DNA of 15,049 nucleotides from the NCBI GenBank assembly GCA_036149055.1, contig JAYZQJ010000127.1, positions 1 through 15,049 of the forward strand. The letters are read 5' to 3'. The notes below the pieces were generated by a model. That model made no database searches, was not told the origin of the DNA, and worked only from the letters and a program-made list of their open reading frames with translations. This DNA is from Myxococcota bacterium (GTDB lineage: Bacteria; Myxococcota_A; Polyangia; Polyangiales; Sandaracinaceae). The position numbers were made by a program, and so were the translations under genes. Shown here in pieces: positions 7,008-15,049 of the stretch; within the stretch, counting starts at the first letter, position 1; each line of letters opens with the position of its first letter.

Positions 7008-9174
7008 TCGCGCGGCGGACCGTCTGTCCGGGCGGGATGTCGACGCTCACGCGCCGGGTGCCGGCCTGCGGGTTGGTGCAGACCACGGTGTGTCGCCCCG
7101 GCGGCAGCTGGAAGTTCACCACCGGGGTCTGGCCGGCGTTGCGGCCGTCGATCGTCACGTTGCACCACGGGTTGCTGTTGAAGGTCAGCCGGCCCGGCTC
7201 GTTCGACGTCGGCGTCGCCGCCTGGGTGTCGCCGCCGCCGCGTCGTCCGCCGCCGCGCCGCTCGCGCAGCTCGATCGAGAGCTCGGTCACCTCGCCGCTC
7301 TCCAGGCGCACCGTGCGCTCGTCGCTGCGGTGACCGCTCCGGGACACGGTGATCGGGTAGCTGCGGGTCGGCACCCGGAACTCGTAAGGGGAGCCGCTCT
7401 CGTGCCACTCGCCGTCGAAGCGCACGCGCGCGTCCGCCGGCTCGGTGGTGAGGCGGAGGATGCTCTCGCCGTCCGAGAGCGGGGTGCGCTCGAGCTCGAA
7501 GCTCAGCTCGGCGACCTGGCCGGCCTGGAGGCTGAGCGTCTCGTTGCGGGTGACGTAGCCGTCGAGGGCGAGCGCCAGGGTGTGGTTCTCGCCCGGCGTG
7601 ATCTCGGGCACCGTCGCCGGCGTCGTCAGGTCGGTGTCGCGGCCGTCGAGCAGCACGCGCGCGCCCTCGGGGATGGTGCGCACCCGGACCACGCCGAAGT
7701 CGCTCGCGCTCGGGCGCTCCAGGGTCACGTCCAGATCCACGCGCGGCTCGCCTTCGGTCAGCGAGACCCGCTGGGTGTGCGGCGCGAAGCCCTCGTGGGT
7801 GAGCTTGACGCTGTAGGCCGCGCCGACCGGGAGCTGCTCGAGCACCGCGGGCGTGCGCTCGCTGCGCCGGTCGCCGTCGATCCAGATGGCGGCGCCGGCG
7901 GGCGTGCTCTCGACCGCGATCACCCCGGGCCCGGTCGGGACCGCCGGCTCGGGCGGGGGCCGGGTGAGGAACCAGCCGACCCCGCCCGCCGCGGCGAGCA
8001 GCACCACCGCGAGCATGATCCACGGCGCCTTGCTCGGCGGCTTGGCGCGGACGAACGAGCCGTAGCTGCCGCCCGGGAGCGAGTGCTCCATCGAGTCGGC
8101 CTCCTCGGCCGCCTGCGCGGCGAGGACCTCGGCGAGCTGCCGACCCTCGGCCAGCATCTGCTTCTGCTGGTCGAGCTTGTCGGCGAAGAGATCCTGCATC
8201 CAGCTGCCGAGCGAGAGCGCGCTGACCTTCAGCTGCTCGGAGCGGATGTAGTCCTCGAGGTCCGCCTGCATCTCGCTGGCGGTCTGGTAGCGGCGCTCCG
8301 GATCCTTCTCGAGGCTCCGGAGGATGATCTCCTCGAGGCGCGGATTCAGGTTCGGGTTGAGCTGGCGCGGCTGCGGGTACTCCTCCTCGACGATCTTGCG
8401 GAGGGTCTCCATCTCGTTCTTGCCGCGGAAGAGCCGGCGGCCGGTGGTCAGCTCGAAGAGCATGATCCCGAGGGAGAAGATGTCGCTTCGCTTGTCGAGG
8501 TCGAGGCCCTGCGCCTGCTCCGGGCTCATGTAGGGGACCTTGCCCTTGAGCTGGCCGCTGCCCGTGTCCTCCATGCCGCCGCGGCCCGCCTTCGCGATGC
8601 CGAAGTCGACGAGCTTCACGTCGCCGGTGAAGGTGACGAGGATGTTCTGCGGGCTGACGTCGCGGTGCACGATGCCCATCGGCTCGCCGTCGAGGTCGCG
8701 CTTCTCGTGCGCGTAGGCGAGGCCGGCGCAGCAGCCCATCACGATCGCGAGGGCGTGCTCGAGCGGGAAGGAGGTGACCCCCTTCTTCTTCATCTGCCGC
8801 ACGAGCGAGCGCAGGTCCTCGCCGTGGACGTGCTCCATCGCGATGTAGAACTGACCGTCGACCCGGCCGACGTCGTAGATGTGCGCGACGTTCGGGTGGT
8901 TGAGGGTCGCCGCGATCCGCGCCTCGGCGAGCAGCATCTCGATGAAGCTGTCGTCCTTCACGAGGTGCGGCAGCACGCGCTTGACGACGATCAGCTTCTC
9001 GAAGCCGGCGACCGACTTCTGCAGCGCGAGGAACAGCTCGGCCATGCCGCCCACCGCGAGCTTGCGCATGAGCGTGTACTTGCCGAATCGCATCGGCATG
9101 TTGGGCTCGTTCGCGCCATCGGCGGCGGGCCCGTTCGGCGGCGGAGGCGGCGCCTGCGCGGAAGCTTCAGACAC
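6994..9174 (-). CDS. Membrane-anchored Hanks-type Ser/Thr kinase with about four extracytoplasmic PEGA-like domains
   Basis: LAVGGMAELF, VVKRV, HRDVSPQN, DFG, GKVPYMSPE. TM helix WIMLAVVLLAAAGGVGWFL. Repeats VESTPAGAAIWIDG, VRTIPEGARVLLDG, LTTEPADARVRFDG, FNSNPWCNVTIDG. Start uncertain: GTG 9174 versus ATG 9099/9093. Confidence 0.95.
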   Translation of the reverse strand: MSEASAQAPPPPPNGPAADGANEPNMPMRFGKYTLMRKLAVGGMAELFLALQKSVAGFEKLIVVKRVLPHLVKDDSFIEMLLAEARIAATLNHPNVAHIYDVGRVDGQFYIAMEHVHGEDLRSLVRQMKKKGVTSFPLEHALAIVMGCCAGLAYAHEKRDLDGEPMGIVHRDVSPQNILVTFTGDVKLVDFGIAKAGRGGMEDTGSGQLKGKVPYMSPEQAQGLDLDKRSDIFSLGIMLFELTTGRRLFRGKNEMETLRKIVEEEYPQPRQLNPNLNPRLEEIILRSLEKDPERRYQTASEMQADLEDYIRSEQLKVSALSLGSWMQDLFADKLDQQKQMLAEGRQLAEVLAAQAAEEADSMEHSLPGGSYGSFVRAKPPSKAPWIMLAVVLLAAAGGVGWFLTRPPPEPAVPTGPGVIAVESTPAGAAIWIDGDRRSERTPAVLEQLPVGAAYSVKLTHEGFAPHTQRVSLTEGEPRVDLDVTLERPSASDFGVVRVRTIPEGARVLLDGRDTDLTTPATVPEITPGENHTLALALDGYVTRNETLSLQAGQVAELSFELERTPLSDGESILRLTTEPADARVRFDGEWHESGSPYEFRVPTRSYPITVSRSGHRSDERTVRLESGEVTELSIELRERRGGGRRGGGDTQAATPTSNEPGRLTFNSNPWCNVTIDGRNAGQTPVVNFQLPPGRHTVVCTNPQAGTRRVSVDIPPGQTVRRAITLQ

Positions 9175-9910
9175 TCTCGGGGTCCGTCAGGGGCCTCGTC
9201 GAGGCCGTCTCTCGAGGGGAGGATCCGTGTGCGAACGACACGTCTTCGCTCCCGAGTATGGCACGCCGTTGCCGCACCGTGTCAACCGCGTCGAGCCCGC
9301 GGCGCAGCTCGTCACAGAGCGTCCCGGTCCGCTCCTCGAGCTCGGCCTGGGTCTGCGTCAGCCAGGCGGTGACCCGGGGCAGCTCGTCGGGCTGGATGGC
9401 GAGGCGCGGGCGCCGAGAGAGGATGCGCTCGAGCCGCCGCGCCACCTCGGCCGGGTCGCGGTAGCCGTCGGGCAGGCCGTGCTCGCGGAGGCGGGCCTGG
9501 AGGCGCTCGAAGGGCTCGCCGCCCCCGTGGAAGCGCAGATCGAGGCCCTCGGTCGGCAGGGCCACCGCCTCCAGGTAGGGCTCCCGCGCCTCGGGGAAGC
9601 GGTCGAGCAGGACCCCGTCGAGGAGCAGCTCGGTGCCCACGTGGGCCACCGCCCGGGCGGCGCCGCGCCCCACGCCGCGGCCCTCGAGCACGTCCGCGCC
9701 CCCGTTGCACCAGGTGAGGAAGGTCGGCAGCCCGTGGAAGACCAGGTCGGCCTCGTGGTGGTGCTGCACGCCCTCGGCCACCATCGGGTCGCCGGCCCGG
9801 TCGAAGCGGGTCCCGCACATGGAGGCGAAGTCGGGCAGCATCGCGCCGAGGATCCAGCGGGGATCGTCGTGCTCCCAGAGCGCCGCGACCGCATGCCCGA
9901 AGAAGTTCAC
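9167..9910 (-). CDS. AcpH (ACP phosphodiesterase)-like metal-dependent hydrolase, distant homolog
   Basis: MNFFGH...LGAMLPDF...GVQHHHEADLVFH...HVGTELLLD parallels the AcpH pattern MNFLAH...GN.LADF...GI..HR..D. GC-rich third positions. Overlaps the kinase GTG start by 8 bp. Confidence 0.65.
   Translation of the reverse strand: MNFFGHAVAALWEHDDPRWILGAMLPDFASMCGTRFDRAGDPMVAEGVQHHHEADLVFHGLPTFLTWCNGGADVLEGRGVGRGAARAVAHVGTELLLDGVLLDRFPEAREPYLEAVALPTEGLDLRFHGGGEPFERLQARLREHGLPDGYRDPAEVARRLERILSRRPRLAIQPDELPRVTAWLTQTQAELEERTGTLCDELRRGLDAVDTVRQRRAILGSEDVSFAHGSSPRETASTRPLTDPESV
9255..9285 (-). promoter_or_regulatory. Possible internal sigma70-type promoter for the kinase-glycosylation genes
   Basis: Minus strand TTGACA (9285-9280), 19-nt spacer, TGc-CATACT extended -10 (9263-9255), about 80 bp upstream of the kinase start. 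The spacer is longer than optimal. Confidence 0.45.
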
Positions 9911-9939
9911 CGGCGAAACCTATCGCGCGTCCGAGGCTC

Positions 9940-9969
9940 TTGCACTTCGCCCGGGTCCTCGGCCATAGT
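9940..9969 (+). promoter_or_regulatory. Possible sigma70-type promoter giving a leaderless transcript
   Basis: TTGCAC (9940-9945), 18-nt spacer, CATAGT (9964-9969), 7 nt before ATG 9977. No SD sequence present. Confidence 0.45.
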
Positions 9970-9976
9970 CCGCGCC

Positions 9977-10363
9977 ATGGAGAACGCCCACACGCTGGTG
10001 TACCGCCGCTTTTTCGCGATCACGCTGTCCGTCGTTCCCGGGCTGAACCTCGTCCTGGGCATCGCGGCGCTGATCCTGTACATCCTCGCCGACATCGTGA
10101 TGATGGAGTGGGGCTGGGCGCTCGGCGTCGCCGCCATCGTGCTCTGCCTGACCTTCGTGGGCTGGATCTTCGTCGGCCTCGGCGTCCAGAAGTGGGCGGA
10201 GGACAAGAGCACCGGGCTGCTCTTCGGCCTCAACGCGCCCTTCATGATCGTCGACTTCGCCTTCCTCGCCTGGCTCTTCTGGCACACCGTGATCGGCTTC
10301 ATCATGGGCGGCCACGAGGAGGAGGCGCGAGCGATCGTCGAGACGATCAGCCGCCTCGCCTGA
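9977..10363 (+). CDS. Hypothetical integral membrane protein, 128 aa, about 3 TM helices
   Basis: C-terminal part of track ORF 8879..10363 starting MENAHTLVYRRFF. Strong GC3 bias and hydrophobic segments. Fills the gap between the acpH-like gene and miaA, overlapping the miaA 3' end by 17 bp. Confidence 0.85.
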   Translation: MENAHTLVYRRFFAITLSVVPGLNLVLGIAALILYILADIVMMEWGWALGVAAIVLCLTFVGWIFVGLGVQKWAEDKSTGLLFGLNAPFMIVDFAFLAWLFWHTVIGFIMGGHEEEARAIVETISRLA

Positions 10364-11270
10364 CCCAGCCTTCGAGCTCGGAAAGCGCCGACGCCTCCAC
10401 CAGGGCGTCGGCGTTCGTCCATCTGACGGCCTCCCCCTCGCCGCGGAACCAGGTGCGCTGCCGGCGCGTGTAGACCCGGGTGGCCTTGTAGGCGAGGCGC
10501 TCGGTCTCCTCGATCGGCACCCCCTGCTCGACGTGCTCGACCACCTGGGCGTAGCCGACGCTCTTCAGCGGCGGGACCCGCCCGTGGCGCGCGAGCACCC
10601 CGCGCACCTCCTCGACCCAGCCGGCGTCGAGCATCGCCCGGATCCGCGCCTTCAGCTTCGGGTAGAGGACCTCGCGCGGCAGATCGAGCGCGTAGAAGCG
10701 CATCTCGTAGCGCGGGCCGCCGCGCGCGTGCCGGGCGTGGTGGGCGCTCATCGGCTCGCCGGTCTGGGTGAAGACCTCGAGCGCGCGCACGATCCGGAGC
10801 GCGTCGTTCGGGTGGATCCGGCTGGCGGCCTCGGGATCCACCTCGGTCAGCCGGGCGTGGAGCGCGGGCAGATCGTCGGCCGCCTCCGCCTCGAGCCGCG
10901 CCCGCAGCGCCGGGTCCGGCTTCGGCAGCGGCGCGAGGCCGCGGGTCAGCGCGCGCAGCCAGAGCCCGGTCCCCCCGACCACGATCGGCAGCCGGCCGCG
11001 CGCCGCGACGTCCCGGATGGCCGCGTCGGCGAGGGCGGCGTAGCGCGCCGCGTCGATCGTCTCGGTCGGCGGCAGCCGGTCGATGAGGTGGTGCGTTACT
11101 CCGCGCAGCTCCTCGGGCGTCGGCTTGGCCGAGCCCACGTCGAGCTCGCGGTGGATCTGCACGCTGTCGGCGCCGATGAGCTCGCCCCCCAGGCGCTCCG
11201 CCAGGGTGATCGCGGCCCCGGTCTTGCCCGCCGCGGTGACCCCGCCGAGCACGACGATCTTCGGCTTCAA
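10347..11270 (-). CDS. miaA: tRNA (adenosine(37)-N6)-dimethylallyltransferase (307 aa)
   Basis: GVTAAGKT, ADSVQIHRELDVGSAKPT, VGGTGLW, IHPNDALRIVRALEV, RRQRTWFR. TTG start at 11270 overlaps the mutL stop (TTGA). Classic mutL-miaA order. Confidence 0.96.
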   Translation of the reverse strand: MKPKIVVLGGVTAAGKTGAAITLAERLGGELIGADSVQIHRELDVGSAKPTPEELRGVTHHLIDRLPPTETIDAARYAALADAAIRDVAARGRLPIVVGGTGLWLRALTRGLAPLPKPDPALRARLEAEAADDLPALHARLTEVDPEAASRIHPNDALRIVRALEVFTQTGEPMSAHHARHARGGPRYEMRFYALDLPREVLYPKLKARIRAMLDAGWVEEVRGVLARHGRVPPLKSVGYAQVVEHVEQGVPIEETERLAYKATRVYTRRQRTWFRGEGEAVRWTNADALVEASALSELEGWVRRGG

Positions 11271-13081
11271 CGCCCGAGCCTCCGCTCGAGCTCCCCGAAG
11301 CTCACCGAGAACACCACCGGGCGGCCGTGAGGGCAGTGCCCGCCGAAGTCCTCGACCCGGTCCATCTTGGCGAGCAGCGCGCGGCACTCCTCGAGCGAGA
11401 GGGGATCGCCGGCCCGGATCGCGCCGTGGCAGGCCATCGTCGCGAGCGCCATGTCCACCCGGTCCCCGAAGGCGCGCTCGCCGCTCTTCGACAGCTCGGC
11501 CAGCACGTCGCGCATCAGCGTCTCGGGCGAGGCGCGCTTCACGAGCGCCGGCACTGCGTGCACCGCGACCGTGCTCTCGCCGAGCGGCGCGACGTCGAGG
11601 CCGAGCGCGAGCAGCGCCTCCCGCTGCTCCTCGCAGAGGACCACCTCCTCCTCGGACAGCTCCACCCGCTCGGGCATGAGCAGCCGCTGGGTCGCGACCG
11701 CGCGCTCTCGGTGGGTCTTGCGGAGCTGGTCGTAGCGGACCCGCTCGTCGGCCGCGTGCTGATCGATGACGTGCAGGCCGTCCTTGCCCTCGCAGACGAT
11801 CAGCATCTTGCGCATCTGGCCGAGCACCCGGAGCGAGGCGAAGAAGCCGGTCTCGCCGAGGAGATCCGGGGTCGACGGTGGCGGCTCGAAGGGGACCGCG
11901 CCGGCGAAGAGGTCGGGCGCGTAGGCGCGCGGCTCGGCGGCCGGCTGCTCGAAGGCGGCGGGCCCGTCGGCGGCCCCCGAGAGGCCCCAGGGGTCGGACT
12001 CGGCGGTGGTGCTGGGCGAGGGCGGCGGCGCCGGCGGAGGCCCGCCCCCGAGGCGCTGATTCCAGAAGCCGCCGCCGCGGGCGCCCGGCCCCGACCAGGC
12101 GCTGGTGCCGAGCCCCGAGGCCAGGGTGCGGGTGATCGCGTCGAGCACGTCCCGCCCCCGCGCGAAGCGCACCTCCGCCTTCTGCGGGTGCACGTTCACG
12201 TCGACCTCCTCGGGATCGACGTCCACGTAGACGACGCCGACCGGGTAGCGCCCGGGCGGCAGCACCGACCCGTAGGCGAAGGCGACCGCCCGCGAGAGCG
12301 CCCGGTCCTTCACCGGCCGCCGGTTCACGAAGAGGTGCAGCCCGCCCGCGCCGGCCCGGGCTCGCTCCGGGGCCCCGAGCAGCGCCACCACCGAGACCCC
12401 GTCGCGGGTCCCCTCGATGGCGTTGAGGCGCTCGTTGCCGAGCACCATCGCCGCCCGCTGGATCGCGCTCTCGCTCGGGAGCAGCTCCAGGTTGCGGCGG
12501 CCGTCCCGGAAGAGCAGCAGGCGGAGCTCCGGGTGCGCCAGCGCCGCGCGCTTGCAGACCTCGGTGACCCGGGCCGACTCGGTGCCGATCGACTTCAGGA
12601 ACTTTCGCCGGGCGGGCACGTTGTAGAAGAGCTCGCGCACCGAGACCGTGGTGCCCGGCGCGCAGCCGACCTCGCGGACCTCCGCCTCGCCGCCGCCGTC
12701 GATCCGGACCCGGGTGCCCCCGACCTCGTCGCGGGGCCGGGTCAGCAGCTCGAAGCGGCTCACCGAGGCGATGGAGGGCAGGGCCTCGCCGCGGAAGCCG
12801 AGGGTGCCTATCGCGGTCAGATCCTCGAGCCGGGCGATCTTGCTGGTGGCGTGGCGCCGCACCGCGAGGGCCGCGTCCTCGGCGCTCATGCCGGTGCCGT
12901 CGTCGGTGATCCGGATCTCCCGCGTCCCGCCGGCCGCGATCTCGATCCGCACCGTGGTGGCGTCGGCGTCGATCGCGTTCTCCAGCAGCTCCTTGACGAC
13001 CGAGGCCGGACGCTCCACCACTTCGCCCGCCGCGATCTGGTCGGCGAGGGCGTCGTCGAGCACGCGGATGCGACCACCCAT
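11267..13081 (-). CDS. mutL: DNA mismatch repair endonuclease MutL (604 aa)
   Basis: IAAGEVVERPASVVKELLENAIDA, HATSKI, GFRGEALPSI, DVNVHPQK, and C-terminal DQHAADER, MACH, CPHGRP. Confidence 0.98.
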   Translation of the reverse strand: MGGRIRVLDDALADQIAAGEVVERPASVVKELLENAIDADATTVRIEIAAGGTREIRITDDGTGMSAEDAALAVRRHATSKIARLEDLTAIGTLGFRGEALPSIASVSRFELLTRPRDEVGGTRVRIDGGGEAEVREVGCAPGTTVSVRELFYNVPARRKFLKSIGTESARVTEVCKRAALAHPELRLLLFRDGRRNLELLPSESAIQRAAMVLGNERLNAIEGTRDGVSVVALLGAPERARAGAGGLHLFVNRRPVKDRALSRAVAFAYGSVLPPGRYPVGVVYVDVDPEEVDVNVHPQKAEVRFARGRDVLDAITRTLASGLGTSAWSGPGARGGGFWNQRLGGGPPPAPPPSPSTTAESDPWGLSGAADGPAAFEQPAAEPRAYAPDLFAGAVPFEPPPSTPDLLGETGFFASLRVLGQMRKMLIVCEGKDGLHVIDQHAADERVRYDQLRKTHRERAVATQRLLMPERVELSEEEVVLCEEQREALLALGLDVAPLGESTVAVHAVPALVKRASPETLMRDVLAELSKSGERAFGDRVDMALATMACHGAIRAGDPLSLEECRALLAKMDRVEDFGGHCPHGRPVVFSVSFGELERRLGR

Positions 13082-13244
13082 CGGGCCACGGTTACCATGC
13101 TCTTCGGCCTCATGCTTGCCGCTCGCGTGTGCCGCTGGTTAGGATCCCCCCAAAGCCCAAGCCGGCTGCGCGGTCCGTCCGTCACGAGGCCGAAGCTCCC
13201 GTGATCTCACTTTCTTCTCACCTCATGCCGCGCCCGTTCCCGCG

Positions 13245-14893
<1,649 letters not shown>

Positions 14894-14897
<4 letters not shown>

Positions 14898-14916
14898 GCG
14901 CTCCGAGGGCTCTCAG
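14894..14916. other. Stem-loop overlapping the kinase stop codon
   Basis: CTGAGCGCTC-CGA-GGGCTCTCAG pairs with one mismatch and one G:T. No T-tract, so not called a terminator. Confidence 0.4.
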
Positions 14917-14973
14917 CCCGCCGCCGCCGGGGCACCCCCGCCCGCTTCCACGACGCTGACCCGAGACGACGGC

Positions 14974-14999
14974 CGGCGACGAGCGCAGCGAGGTCGCCG
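14974..14999. repeat. REP-like short hairpin
   Basis: CGGCGAC-GAGCGCAGCGAG-GTCGCCG: 7-bp perfect stem with an inner GC-GCA-GC mini-hairpin. Single copy in the window. Confidence 0.45.
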
Positions 15000-15049
15000 C
15001 ACGGACCACCACCACCCGTGTTCGATCCCGCGGCAGCGGGCGGCCAGCG

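Noticed and set aside
9259..9273. TGGCACGCCGTTGCC sigma54-like site on the plus strand
   Set aside because: GG-to-GC spacing is one base short of the strict requirement, and it points antisense within a gene.
8879..9976. N-terminal extension of track ORF 8879..10363
   Set aside because: Antisense to the kinase and acpH-like genes; the credible protein starts at ATG 9977.
11271..11387. 39-aa N-terminal extension of MiaA in the track
   Set aside because: Overlaps the conserved mutL C-terminus; the TTG at 11270 coupled to the mutL stop gives a normal MiaA N-terminus.
15015..15049. GTTCGATCCC tRNA T-loop-like motif, or a GTG start of a downstream gene at 15018
   Set aside because: T-stem does not pair and there is no cloverleaf; the frame is too short at the window edge to support a CDS.

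Overview
Very GC-rich (roughly 70-75% by eye) bacterial chromosomal segment whose gene content points to Myxococcota (Polyangiales/Sandaracinus-like; taxonomy is inference). Left to right: (1) a ~650-bp non-coding array of ~283-bp structured units with alternating inverted arms; (2) a sigma54-type promoter directly ahead of a 46-aa membrane peptide ORF missing from the ORF track; (3) a double-FHA sigma54 enhancer-binding protein; (4) a convergent minus-strand run of six tightly packed genes: AcpH-like HD hydrolase, PEGA-repeat Ser/Thr kinase, UPF0104/LPG-synthase-TM flippase-like protein, DUF2723/TMEM260-like GT-C glycosyltransferase, LbH acyltransferase and DPM1-like GT2; (5) a small membrane protein; (6) mutL-miaA; (7) a second membrane Ser/Thr kinase with an N-terminal Cys motif. 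The best candidate for an undescribed system is the kinase-linked TMEM260-like glycosylation cassette, followed by the structured repeat array and the sigma54 promoter/small-peptide unit. Most long ORFs in the track are GC-rich shadow frames. All family calls are by motif recognition only; no searches were run.
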